Positions 18,302 through 28,314 of a stretch of DNA of 64,000 nt are shown here, in pieces. Made by a program: the position numbers and the translations under genes. Origin of the DNA: an uncultured Candidatus Saccharibacteria bacterium (GTDB lineage: Bacteria; Patescibacteriota; Minisyncoccia; Phycocordibacterales; UBA918). The notes under the pieces were generated by a model. It was not told where the DNA came from. It made no database searches and saw only the letters and a list, made by a program, of their open reading frames with translations. The number at the start of each line of letters is the position of its first letter. Position 1 is the stretch's first letter. The DNA lies in assembly GCA_964350985.1 (NCBI GenBank), contig CAYGLK010000002.1, positions 64,382 through 128,381 of the forward strand, read 5' to 3'.

Positions 18302-19354
18302 ATGAAATTTAGCAACATACAACAAATATTTTTCTTCTCATTATTAATGTCTACTAGCATCTTGTTTTTTTGGATGTTAGGTAAATACCTTTTTCCTGTT
18401 TTTTGGGCAGCAGTAATAGCAGTAGTTTTTTATCCACTTTATCTATACTTCTCACGCAAGTTAAAAGAGCGTAATTCTATCGCCTCTATATTTACTATTA
18501 CAGCTATTGTCATAACTGTAGTTTTACCACTGACTGTTATTGGGGGCATGGTTGTCCAAGAGTCTGTCTCTCTTTATCAAAAAGTCTCGCAAAACGGTGG
18601 TGAATTACAAGGATTCAGTATTCTTAATCAAATAGAAAAGGTCACTATTTATCTTGAGCCGTTTGGTGTCTCTCCAGACATAACAGGCGAAAGACTGAAA
18701 GAGTGGACCGCAAGCGCCTCGAAAAATATCGCCTCTTCTTTAATATCTATTAGTCAGCTTACTCTGTCTTTTGTTATTAGTGGAGCCATCATGCTGTACT
18801 TACTTTTCTTTTTCTTTCGTGATGGAACCAAGATCAAAGAAACTTTGCTGCACTACATTCCTTTAGGTGATGTCTACGAGAAAAGATTATTCGCTCGTTT
18901 CGCTGAAACTTCTCGAGCAGTTATGAAAGGTACGATGACCATTGCTTTGATTCAAGGTTTTGTCGGTGGAATAACTTTCTTTTTTGTTGGTATTTCAAAC
19001 CCTGTACTTTGGGGTACTGCTATGGGCTTTTCTTCTATCATCCCTACCGTTGGTACCGGACTAGTTTGGGTTCCAGCTAGTATTATTCTCATTGCAACCG
19101 GATCTGTCTGGGAAGGAGTTACTATTATTGTCGTTGGAGTGGCGATCATTGGGATGATTGATGAATTCTTACGCCCAATCTTAGTTGGACGCGGATCTAA
19201 AATGCCAGATGCCATTGTTTTCCTAGCAACCATCGGAGGACTAACAACTTTTGGTATCTCTGGTTTTATCACTGGACCAATCATTGCCGCTTTCTTTCTT
19301 TCTCTATGGAAGATGTTTGAAGAAAAGTATCACAAAGAACTTTCCAGCAACTAA
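18302..19354 (+). CDS. AI-2E family transporter (UPF0118/PerM-like permease)
   Basis: 350 aa, 7-8 TM segments, family-typical length and topology. Confidence 0.7.
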   Translation: MKFSNIQQIFFFSLLMSTSILFFWMLGKYLFPVFWAAVIAVVFYPLYLYFSRKLKERNSIASIFTITAIVITVVLPLTVIGGMVVQESVSLYQKVSQNGGELQGFSILNQIEKVTIYLEPFGVSPDITGERLKEWTASASKNIASSLISISQLTLSFVISGAIMLYLLFFFFRDGTKIKETLLHYIPLGDVYEKRLFARFAETSRAVMKGTMTIALIQGFVGGITFFFVGISNPVLWGTAMGFSSIIPTVGTGLVWVPASIILIATGSVWEGVTIIVVGVAIIGMIDEFLRPILVGRGSKMPDAIVFLATIGGLTTFGISGFITGPIIAAFFLSLWKMFEEKYHKELSSN

Positions 19355-19361
19355 GGTCAAT

Positions 19362-20288
19362 TTACCAAAGCAAGTTTTCTCGTACCTCAGCTTCAGAGCC
19401 AACAAAAATCTCATTAGCACTTACTCTCTCACCATTGCTTAGATAAATATAAGCCGTACTATCCTCTCGTACATTAATTAATTCAGACACTGGCACTTTA
19501 ACAACCTTGTCAGACACTGGTACAAAAGCGATAGGTTGATCATCAATCTCTAATCTAACCGCTTGATTAAATCCTGTTCCTTCTACCGTAAGTAATCCGG
19601 CACTACTCCACCAAAAACCTTCTCTAGTAGCAGTAACTAAAGTCAGGTCTGGAGAACCACCCCACTCCCATTCAGGATTCGTGTGTTCATTTTCCCATTC
19701 TCCATAGTCATTATCTCTAAGAGGAGTGACTGCAAGTCGTCCGTCCTTTAAAGAAACCATGTTTCCAGCAGCAACCATCTCTACAGCATCTCCATTACGA
19801 TCTCTAACTTCGACAACCCCTTCAGTTACTACAATACGATCAATACCTTCACCAACTTCGGCACCAAATGCAGTTCCGCGTACCGCCGCTGCTAGAGTCG
19901 GAGTATAAACTTGGTAAATTTCATCTTGTTCTAAAGCTCGCTCGAGGCGTGACCAGAGCTTGCCTACAAGTAGATCAAAACTAGTTTCTTTTAAGTCACT
20001 TTCACTATTAAAGACAACTTCACTACTCTCCCCAATAGAAGTTAGAAGCTGCGGCCCAGACTTTATTAAAGCTCTTCCAGTAGTATCCGTTTTAATTGTT
20101 TCAGTTTTATTAAGCTCAGTTTCGTTACTTACCTCGTTATCTTCAATAAACACCATGCTATTTAAAGGTAAAAGAGTTGCAGTTTCATAACGTACTGATC
20201 TTTCAGTTATCGCCTCTGCTTGGCTTGAAAAATAATAAAAACCAGCGACAACCAACAAGATCGAAGCGACACTAAATATGTATTTCAT
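19362..20288 (-). CDS. Secreted FecR-domain protein, paralogue of 14993-16309
   Basis: 308 aa; YQVYTPTLAAAVRGTAFGA aligns with the FecR core of the paralogue. Confidence 0.55.
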   Translation of the reverse strand: MKYIFSVASILLVVAGFYYFSSQAEAITERSVRYETATLLPLNSMVFIEDNEVSNETELNKTETIKTDTTGRALIKSGPQLLTSIGESSEVVFNSESDLKETSFDLLVGKLWSRLERALEQDEIYQVYTPTLAAAVRGTAFGAEVGEGIDRIVVTEGVVEVRDRNGDAVEMVAAGNMVSLKDGRLAVTPLRDNDYGEWENEHTNPEWEWGGSPDLTLVTATREGFWWSSAGLLTVEGTGFNQAVRLEIDDQPIAFVPVSDKVVKVPVSELINVREDSTAYIYLSNGERVSANEIFVGSEAEVRENLLW

Positions 20289-20327
20289 TGCTTTATGATG
20301 CCTCTAAACAAAATACGAAGCAAGTCT

Positions 20328-21704
20328 TTAAATCACAGGACGACCATCAATGGTTTGTTGCGCAGCTGGTTCGGGTTCTTGTATTGGTGGCACAAAGTGA
20401 GTTGCGATGTCTTCATCTTTTAATCTTACCTTCAGCCAATCAATCACCTTTTGGGCTGCTTCATTATTTAAGGCCTCTGCTTGAGTATTAGTATAGATCA
20501 ACACTACCGGTTTATTAGAATCAAAGTCCTGCTCAAGTTGGCTAGATACTAGAGAACCAATGGCTAAGTCTTTTATTCTTTCTTCAATAACCCTTGCCTC
20601 AGCCAATATCTGAGCCGGATTTTCAATTAGATGACTTTTTTCCAAACGAGCTTCTAAAGCAGCAATTTTTGCATCATCTCCTGCAACACCCTCTAGCACC
20701 TTTTGCCACTCAGCTTCGGAAAGCGAGAAATTATTTTGCCTAACCCGTAAAACGGTATCCGTGAGCTTGAAGTCAATTAATAATTTCTGAAACTCTTCAA
20801 TTTGGTCTGGGTTAAATCGATCTGACAAAAAAGCCAATTCAATTACCTTAGGGGAAGTCTTATAAGATAAGTTTGTATAAACAACGATGTAACCTTGTTC
20901 TTTAAAAGTAGTATTTATAAAACGTTCGGCATTTTGATTAAAATTATTTTGACCAACAAATGTGTAAGCAAAATAAATCGCTGGAGTAATGATCACCAAT
21001 ATCACTGCTGTAATAATACGTCGAACCTTTAGTTGATGTTCCTGGTCAGGATATTGCACTTTTGGCAACTTCAGATATTTTGCCACCAATAAAGCAGACA
21101 GACAGATAAAGATTGAATTAATCAAAAATAAATACAAAGCCCCAAAGACAAACTTTGCCTGGAAAGTGGCAAGTCCGTATCCAATTGTACAAAGTGGTGG
21201 CATCAAAGCGGTGGCAATAGCGACGCCAGGAATAATATTATTGTGGCGTGCTCGACTAATACCAATAAACCCAGCCATCCCTCCAAAAATAGCTACAAGG
21301 ACGTCAAAGATGGTCGGCTGTATACGCGATAGTAATTCTGATTGAGCGTTAGTAATGGGACTTAAGGCAAAGTAAATTGTTGAAATAACAATACTAATAA
21401 AAGTAAGCATTCCCAGATTCCGTAAAGATCGGCGCATTAGGCCGCCATCATTAATAGCTAAAGCCATACCCATACTAACGATCGGACCCATGAGCGGTGA
21501 GATAAGCATGGCTCCGATAACAATTGGTATTGAATTAATATTTAAACCGACTGAAGCAGCTCCAATAGCAAAAACCAGAGTCCAAAGACGCGCACTACTA
21601 AAGTCCGAGTCATCTTTAATATTTTCAATCATCACTTTTTTGTCTTCTGCTCCCTCACGAAGATCAAGTAGCCGACGTAGAAATTTACTAAAATCTTTTG
21701 TCAT
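20328..21704 (-). CDS. DUF389-like polytopic membrane protein with soluble C-terminal domain
   Basis: 458 aa; N-terminal TM bundle GAMLISPLMGPIV. Confidence 0.5.
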   Translation of the reverse strand: MTKDFSKFLRRLLDLREGAEDKKVMIENIKDDSDFSSARLWTLVFAIGAASVGLNINSIPIVIGAMLISPLMGPIVSMGMALAINDGGLMRRSLRNLGMLTFISIVISTIYFALSPITNAQSELLSRIQPTIFDVLVAIFGGMAGFIGISRARHNNIIPGVAIATALMPPLCTIGYGLATFQAKFVFGALYLFLINSIFICLSALLVAKYLKLPKVQYPDQEHQLKVRRIITAVILVIITPAIYFAYTFVGQNNFNQNAERFINTTFKEQGYIVVYTNLSYKTSPKVIELAFLSDRFNPDQIEEFQKLLIDFKLTDTVLRVRQNNFSLSEAEWQKVLEGVAGDDAKIAALEARLEKSHLIENPAQILAEARVIEERIKDLAIGSLVSSQLEQDFDSNKPVVLIYTNTQAEALNNEAAQKVIDWLKVRLKDEDIATHFVPPIQEPEPAAQQTIDGRPVI

Positions 21705-21880
21705 GGAAATTAATTTACTCTGAAGATATCAGAGTAATATTATTATCATTATACTTCACTAAGAAACTAAGATATTGAATTATTAAGTTTTGAATTTGAA
21801 AATAAAAAAGCTCCCAAGAGTGGGAGTAGAGAGATCAAAATCCGGGGTGCATGTTCGCACTCCCGGACTTGCCGTCAAGA

Positions 21881-22093
21881 CTAATCATCTTGGCAGCGAA
21901 ACTTGTGGCGTAAAGCGTTTTGCATCGCTCCCGCCACTTTGAATGTTTTTTTTCTTGGCTTTCTAGCCCGAGGCTTCACAGGCGGCAAGTCTAGCTCCTT
22001 GATTCTAGACGCACGCTCCCAACCTTTCTCGCAAGCTACCTGAACATTACTTGGAAGCTTGTCAAACCCTGGCATTTCATAGATTTGAGACAT
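21881..22093 (-). CDS. Small basic hypothetical protein (about 70 aa), start at the second Met
   Basis: GGAG 9 nt upstream of the internal ATG; followed on the minus strand by hairpin ctcccactcttgggag plus T-run (21805-21832). Confidence 0.3.
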   Translation of the reverse strand: MSQIYEMPGFDKLPSNVQVACEKGWERASRIKELDLPPVKPRARKPRKKTFKVAGAMQNALRHKFRCQDD

Positions 22094-22177
22094 GGCTTTG
22101 CTCCAAAGAACCAAACTTAACTATAGCATACTTTTACCAATTTGTACATAGCTGAGTAGTGTTTATAACTGAAAAAG

Positions 22178-22212
22178 ACTGAAAAGCTTCGCTTTTCAGT
22201 CTTTTTACTTCC
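22178..22212. terminator. Bidirectional terminator (aaaagactgaaaagc-ttcg-cttttcagtcttttt)
   Basis: Perfect 13-bp stem flanked by A- and T-runs; downstream of the malic enzyme on the minus strand. Confidence 0.6.
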
Positions 22213-22226
22213 CTGTCTATGTCACC

Positions 22227-23444
22227 TTATTTAACCGCCGCAGCCACGATCTTCACCAAGCCTGGAGTCATAACTGCTGGTATCACTAGATCCGCAGTTG
22301 GTTTTTTGATCATTCCGGCTATCTTTTGCGCTGCAGCCAATTTCATATCATCGGTAATATTTTTTACTCCCTTATCTAAAGCTCCACGGAATATTCCTGG
22401 GAAAACTAAGGCGTTGTTAATCTGATTAGGAAAATCTGAACGACCAGTTGCTACAACTACTGCCCCAGCTCTAAGTGCGTCTTCTGGCAGTATCTCTGGA
22501 ACAGGGTTAGCGAGCGCAAACACAATTGGACTAGCAGCCATCGCTTCGATATGTACTTGAGCAATTGTCCCCGGACCAGAAACTCCCACGATAGCGTCCG
22601 CTCCACTAATAGCGTTCATTACATCACCTTGAACTTTTTCTGGGTTGGTAATATCACCTAAGTTTTTCTTGTAGCCAGCCAAGTCGCGTCTGCCTTTATA
22701 GATTATTCCTTTACTGTCTGTCACGATGACGTTTGTAATACCAGCTTTTAGTAAAAGTAAGGTAACTGCTCTTCCAGCAGCACCAGCACCAACTACTACC
22801 ACCTTAAGCGAAGCCAAGTTTTTCTTTACTACCTTTGCAGCATTAATCATCCCGGCCAAAACCACTACCGCTGTACCATGCTGATCGTCATGCATCACCG
22901 GAATATCAAGTTCAGCCTTCAGTCTGTCTTCGATTTCAAAACACTGTGGAGCCGCAATATCCTCTAGGTTAATAGCACCAAAAGTTGGAGCAATTGCTTT
23001 TACCGCTTTAATTATTCCTTCAACATCATGAACATCAAGCACAATTGGAATACCATCAATATCAGCCATTTCTTTTAAGATGGCGCACTTACCTTCCATC
23101 ACTGGCAGCGCGGCTATTGGGCCGATGTTACCAAGACCTAAAACTGCTGAACCGTCACTAATGACCGCCACTGTATTTCGCTTAATAGTATAAAGACGAG
23201 CGTCTTTAGGAAATTTAGCTAAGTGACTAGAGACAGCCCCTACTCCAGGTGTATACATCGTACTCCATTCATCTCGAGTAGAGAGTCTGCCTTTTGAGAC
23301 GACTTCTAACTTACCTTTTAGTTTTTTGTGTAGTGCCAGTGACAATTTACCGTAGTCTTTTTTCACTATTCTTAAAGCAGCTTTCTTTTTTGAGACTACT
23401 TTTGCTTTTTTCTTTTTTGCTGGAGCTGATTTTTTGACAGACAT
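22227..23444 (-). CDS. NAD(P)-dependent malic enzyme with Lys-rich N-terminal tail
   Basis: 405 aa; YTPGVGAV, LGLGNIGP, AALPVMEGK and the GAGAAG NAD-binding loop. About 35 N-terminal residues are K/A-rich. Confidence 0.85.
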   Translation of the reverse strand: MSVKKSAPAKKKKAKVVSKKKAALRIVKKDYGKLSLALHKKLKGKLEVVSKGRLSTRDEWSTMYTPGVGAVSSHLAKFPKDARLYTIKRNTVAVISDGSAVLGLGNIGPIAALPVMEGKCAILKEMADIDGIPIVLDVHDVEGIIKAVKAIAPTFGAINLEDIAAPQCFEIEDRLKAELDIPVMHDDQHGTAVVVLAGMINAAKVVKKNLASLKVVVVGAGAAGRAVTLLLLKAGITNVIVTDSKGIIYKGRRDLAGYKKNLGDITNPEKVQGDVMNAISGADAIVGVSGPGTIAQVHIEAMAASPIVFALANPVPEILPEDALRAGAVVVATGRSDFPNQINNALVFPGIFRGALDKGVKNITDDMKLAAAQKIAGMIKKPTADLVIPAVMTPGLVKIVAAAVK

Positions 23445-23496
23445 AAAAATTATTTAATGTCATATAGTATACTCCACTTTCTTTAAATTTAAATAT

Positions 23497-23800
23497 AAAA
23501 AAGCCGGAGCCAGTAGTGTAACTACCGACTCTGGCCTGTGCGGCGCAAGTGTTAACAACGAAACTTGCGCGCCATCCTACCTCGACACGATCCAGCCCGG
23601 ATCGTGTCGGTAGGCACCTGTGTCCGGCGCAACGGAGGCAGCTCCGTGCAACGGCAGACACCAATCGGTGTGGGCGTGTCACGGATTCGGTAGGCATCCG
23701 CCGACCGACATCCCCGTACCGTAACAAGGACCTTTCCGACCAAGACTCTTGGCATAACACCTCTCCCCGAGGCAAGTCACCACTTTAGTGACTCTATTAC
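23497..23800. ncRNA. GC-rich, hairpin-dense non-coding island; candidate structured RNA (SRP-RNA-like GUCCGG...GGAGGCAGC motif), strand undetermined
   Basis: About 60% GC versus AT-rich flanks. Multiple perfect hairpins (gcgcaagt..acttgcgc; cgacacgatcc..ggatcgtgtcg; cggaggcagctccg). Short ORFs on both strands. Confidence 0.3.
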
Positions 23801-23884
23801 TATACCATGTTTACGGCATAAAGTCAATATATAAATCGTCTTTTAAATAAGGCTTTACTAGCACTTCTCTGTTACTATTTAAGG

Positions 23885-26191
23885 ATGAATACGAGCGACT
23901 TACTCACAGACCACTTCCGGATTGATACCATTCACAAAAAGGCTTTGGCTCGCCTTGGAATTAATACTATTGAAAACCTACTGCTTCACTTACCGCAACG
24001 CTATGAAGACATCTCTTCTATCCAATCTGTTGGTTCACTACAAAAAAGCCAAGACGCGGTAGTCTTTGGACAACTAGGCGGACTTAACACTCGCAAGTCT
24101 TGGAAGAGTAAGGTACCTATTTCTGAAGGCTGGGTTGAGGACGGAACTGCTCGGATTAAGATCATGTGGTTCAACCAACCATACATCGCCAAGATGTTAA
24201 CTGACGGTATGTACGTTAAGGCGGCTGGTAAAGTAGCTGGCACTGAAGGAAAACTTTATCTAACCAATCCCGAAGTTGAAAAACTAGATAGCTTACCAAT
24301 TGATCGTCACGACTCAATCTTTAACCAAACCGAAAATTTGGACGAGACTATCTACCCGGTATATAGAGAAACAAAAGGAGTAACTTCAAAGTGGTTTTTC
24401 CATACTGTCCAAAAATGTTTTTCTGCCGGTATTTTAGATCAGATTACTGACCCAATACCAGAAGAAATTTTAAATCGATATAACCTCCCTACTTTAAAGA
24501 CAGCTCTCCAATGGATTCATACTCCAAAGAAAGCAGAGCATGCCGCAAGTGCGCGTAAGCGTTTTGCTTTTGAAGAAGTTTTTTATATTCAAACTGCTAA
24601 AGCGCGAGAACGCGCTCAAGTGAGTGTATCTTCTAGTTACCAAATAGTGACTGAGGAGGAACATATTAAAAAATTTACTGAACGCTTCCCGTTTGAACTT
24701 ACTCCAGCCCAGAATAAAACTATCAAAGAAATCCTAAAAGACTTTGGTGGTAAACATCCGATGTCACGACTACTTGAAGGCGACGTTGGTAGTGGAAAGA
24801 CGGCTGTGGCTGCTACCGCTGCCTATGCAGTCGCAACTTCGCGTCCGCCAGAGGGCTTGAAAAATAATAGCGCCGCAAATTTTTCGGATAGTTCGAGGCG
24901 TGGAGAAAGCGCTGAGGGAGGCGTACATAAGTACGACGACCGAGACGCTGAGGCTCCACAACGAAGAAATATCCAAAAATTAGCGGCGCTGGAGTATGGG
25001 AATCTTCAAGTAGCCTATATGGCCCCAACAGAAATCCTGGCCAAGCAACACTTTGAATCTTTCATTGAATACTTCAAGCACCTCCCGATTCAAATTGGTC
25101 TTATTACCGGTAGTGGTTGTTTTAAATTTCCATCTAAATCAAATCCTGAAAAACCAACTCCGATATCTAAAGCTCAGCTCTTGAAATGGGTTAAAAATGG
25201 TGAGATCCCAATTGTTATCGGAACTCATTCTTTAATATACAAATCAGTAGAATTTAAACACTTGGCTCACGTCATTATTGACGAGCAACATCGTTTTGGT
25301 ACCAACCAAAGACGAGCTCTGGCTAAAAAAGACTCTCGCATGCCGCACTTGCTTTCCATGACCGCTACTCCAATTCCTCGTACTTTAGCCCTCACTGTTT
25401 ATGGCGACTTAGATATTTCACTTTTGGACCAAATGCCTAAAGGTCGCAAGCCAATTATTACCAAGGTCTATGCTCCGAGTCAGATGGAAAAAGTTTATGA
25501 ACATGTTAAAAGTGAATTAGCTGATGGTCGGCAAGCTTATGTTATTTGTCCCCGCATAGATGAACCTGATCCAAGTAAAGAAAATGCCCTACAACTGAAG
25601 TCAGTGAAACAAGAAGCTGAGCGATTGAAGAAAAATGTCTTCAAAGACGCTCGGATTGATATCCTACATAGCAAAATGACACCAAAAGAAAAAGACAACG
25701 TCATGTTACGTTTTCTAAACCATGAGATTGATATTTTAGTTGCCACTTCAGTAGTAGAGGTTGGGGTCAGTGTCCAAAATGCCACTAATATTATTATTGA
25801 AGGAGCTGAACGTTTTGGCCTTGCTCAACTTCATCAACTTCGCGGTCGCGTAGTCCGTGGTACACACCAAGCTTATTGTTTTGTCGTGACCTCAAAAGAC
25901 ACTACTGGCAAAAGCGGCAAGACACTCGAAAGACTTAAAGCACTGACCCAAGCTAAAAATGGTTTTGAACTTGCTGAGTACGACTTAAATATCCGTGGCA
26001 GTGGTGAACTTTACGGAATGAAACAATGGGGACTGACAGACCTAGGGATGGAAGCTCTTAAAAATTTGAAAATGGTTGAAGCAGCTCGGGCAGAAGCGCA
26101 AAAGATAATTGCAGAAGATTCTACTTTAAAAAACTATCCAAAGATTGCCGGAAAAATAGCTGCCTTAAGCAAGAACCTCCACATGGAATAA
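23885..26191 (+). CDS. recG: ATP-dependent DNA helicase RecG, with a roughly 55-aa low-complexity insertion after Walker A
   Basis: 768 aa; GDVGSGKT Walker A, DEQHRFG Walker B/DEAH, helicase C motifs QLRGRVVRG. Confidence 0.85.
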   Translation: MNTSDLLTDHFRIDTIHKKALARLGINTIENLLLHLPQRYEDISSIQSVGSLQKSQDAVVFGQLGGLNTRKSWKSKVPISEGWVEDGTARIKIMWFNQPYIAKMLTDGMYVKAAGKVAGTEGKLYLTNPEVEKLDSLPIDRHDSIFNQTENLDETIYPVYRETKGVTSKWFFHTVQKCFSAGILDQITDPIPEEILNRYNLPTLKTALQWIHTPKKAEHAASARKRFAFEEVFYIQTAKARERAQVSVSSSYQIVTEEEHIKKFTERFPFELTPAQNKTIKEILKDFGGKHPMSRLLEGDVGSGKTAVAATAAYAVATSRPPEGLKNNSAANFSDSSRRGESAEGGVHKYDDRDAEAPQRRNIQKLAALEYGNLQVAYMAPTEILAKQHFESFIEYFKHLPIQIGLITGSGCFKFPSKSNPEKPTPISKAQLLKWVKNGEIPIVIGTHSLIYKSVEFKHLAHVIIDEQHRFGTNQRRALAKKDSRMPHLLSMTATPIPRTLALTVYGDLDISLLDQMPKGRKPIITKVYAPSQMEKVYEHVKSELADGRQAYVICPRIDEPDPSKENALQLKSVKQEAERLKKNVFKDARIDILHSKMTPKEKDNVMLRFLNHEIDILVATSVVEVGVSVQNATNIIIEGAERFGLAQLHQLRGRVVRGTHQAYCFVVTSKDTTGKSGKTLERLKALTQAKNGFELAEYDLNIRGSGELYGMKQWGLTDLGMEALKNLKMVEAARAEAQKIIAEDSTLKNYPKIAGKIAALSKNLHME

Positions 26192-26199
26192 GCTGATAT

Positions 26200-28314
26200 G
26201 TGTTCCTTCACTTTTTTGAGAAGTACCATAAGTATCGTATAGTACCAATCATGAGAAAACATCGATTGTTTTACTATTTAGCTTTGGCGTTTGGATTGCT
26301 TATATTAGCTTTGTTGTATGCAAACAGCTTAAACAAGACATACCAGTCTCTAGCATCAAAATCAATTACTGACCGTCATGGAGTCCCGATTCTTTTGGAA
26401 AGAAATATCCATAAAAATTACGCACTCTACTCTGACAATTTCCCAAATAGATTAAAAGAACTGGTAGTTAAAAAAGAAGATCAGTATTTTTGGTATCACC
26501 CAGGAATCAATCCGGTAAGTATTTTAAGGGCGCTCTTTTCCAGTGTGAAAGACGGCACGGTAGACGGATCAAGTACTATTTCACAACAAGTTGCAAAAAT
26601 TCTACTCTTAAATACTAACGACCGTAACATACTAAACAAGCTACATGAATCCCTAGTGGCTTTGCTACTAAATTTGAGATACTCAAAAGATACCCTGCTT
26701 ACAATGTATTTAAACCTGGCATATCTTGGGAATGAAGCCCAAGGATTTGCCACTGCTAGCTATGTCTACTACGGAATAAATATTACTGAACTTTCAGATC
26801 CACAACTTGTATCATTATTGGCTACCTTAAGTAGTCCAACAGCTTCTCATCCTTGGACCGAAGCAAATAATGAACGAACGACTTATTGGTTAGAAAGACT
26901 AGATGTTTCTGGTGATGTTCCAAAAACAGAAAAACAAGAATTTTACTTTAATAAACCTTCGGTCTTTGAGTTAACTTCTCTTTTACCAACACCTTGCAAT
27001 AATCCTTGTCAGACCACCGTCGACGCATCTCTAACTGAGTCTATTCGTAGTCTTGTAAGTGAACACACCGACCAAACAAGATCTAAAGGAGGAACCAGTG
27101 CGGCGGTTGTTATTATTGACGCCAAGACTGGCCAACTACTATCTATCGTTGGCTCACCTGACCCTACTGGTAATTTTGAGGGAGCTCAAATAAATATGGC
27201 TATCTCTCCTCGTCCTACAGGATCAACAATTAAACCTTTTATCTATGCACTCGCCTTTGAATCAGGAGCTAGACCATATTCTTTAATTAACGATCGAGAA
27301 TATAAGTACCCTATCGGAACTGGCTATCCTCTCTATCCAAAAAACTTTGACGGAAAATACTCTGGTGAAGTTACGTTACATGAAGCACTGGCCAATAGTC
27401 TAAACACTCCGAGTGTTAGATTACTTGAATTTACAACTCTTGATTCTTTTTATAGTGTACTAGAAGATAAACTTGGTCTAACGCCAATAAATCCACTCTC
27501 ATCTTATGCATACGGTATTGCTTTAGGGGGGTTGGAAATAGACTTACTCACTCTAACTCATTTTTTTACCGTTTTTACTAACCATGGTGATCTTTTACCA
27601 TTATCCATACAACCTAAAAAAATAATTCCTGCTCCTTTGGCAAAAGAAATAAGTGACGAAAATGTGTTTACACCAGCTAGTATTGAACTTGTCACAAGTA
27701 TTTTGACTGACAGACAGGCTGGTGTCGAACAGTTTGGCATTAAAAGTACCTTAGACGTTTTTAATAAAACCGTCGCCGTTAAAACTGGTACCTCTCGAGA
27801 TTTTCACGATAGTTGGACTATTGGGTACACCCCTGATTATATCGTTGGAGTTTGGCTGGGTAATCCAGAAAACAAACCTCTGGACAAGATTTCTGGTGCT
27901 GCTGGAGCAGGTGCACTATGGCGTAAAGTAATAGAACGTTTGAACACAACTAAATACAACACTAATACACAATTTATTTATGAAGAGACTGAGTTAATTA
28001 ATATTGAAGGTAATTCTTATAGATCGATACCAGACGAAATTCCCCAGGAACATCGTTCTCTATTGCTAGATAAACAAATTATTCTATTACCTCACCATGG
28101 AGATAGTTTTTTATTTAGAGAAGGTGATGTAATTACATTTACTAGCGATCAAATCTCTACCTGGAAAGTGGACGGATATATTGTAGGTCAAGGTAAGACG
28201 GCCAACTGGCAACCAGCAATGCCGGGAGTATATGGAGTCAGTGCTACTACAGAGGATAATAAAGAGGAGGAGATCACTATTGAAGTAGTCGCTGATGCTA
28301 CTTTACTACCGTAA
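26200..28314 (+). CDS. Class A penicillin-binding protein (glycosyltransferase GT51 plus transpeptidase); start may be 26251
   Basis: GT51 motif GSSTISQQVAKIL; transpeptidase STIKPF (SxxK), SLN, KTGTS. The 3' end overlaps the convergent alpha-2-macroglobulin gene by 17 bp. Confidence 0.8.
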   Translation: MFLHFFEKYHKYRIVPIMRKHRLFYYLALAFGLLILALLYANSLNKTYQSLASKSITDRHGVPILLERNIHKNYALYSDNFPNRLKELVVKKEDQYFWYHPGINPVSILRALFSSVKDGTVDGSSTISQQVAKILLLNTNDRNILNKLHESLVALLLNLRYSKDTLLTMYLNLAYLGNEAQGFATASYVYYGINITELSDPQLVSLLATLSSPTASHPWTEANNERTTYWLERLDVSGDVPKTEKQEFYFNKPSVFELTSLLPTPCNNPCQTTVDASLTESIRSLVSEHTDQTRSKGGTSAAVVIIDAKTGQLLSIVGSPDPTGNFEGAQINMAISPRPTGSTIKPFIYALAFESGARPYSLINDREYKYPIGTGYPLYPKNFDGKYSGEVTLHEALANSLNTPSVRLLEFTTLDSFYSVLEDKLGLTPINPLSSYAYGIALGGLEIDLLTLTHFFTVFTNHGDLLPLSIQPKKIIPAPLAKEISDENVFTPASIELVTSILTDRQAGVEQFGIKSTLDVFNKTVAVKTGTSRDFHDSWTIGYTPDYIVGVWLGNPENKPLDKISGAAGAGALWRKVIERLNTTKYNTNTQFIYEETELINIEGNSYRSIPDEIPQEHRSLLLDKQIILLPHHGDSFLFREGDVITFTSDQISTWKVDGYIVGQGKTANWQPAMPGVYGVSATTEDNKEEEITIEVVADATLLP

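Noticed and set aside
23497-23800. RNase P RNA hypothesis for the GC-rich block (minus orientation has GGAAAGGUCC and a 3' CCGGCUUU)
   Set aside because: The P4 pairing (AAG-U-CCGG with CCGGCUU) cannot be formed: only 6 bp with a 2-nt bulge. P4 is near-invariant, so RNase P is not supported; kept only as an unknown structured RNA.
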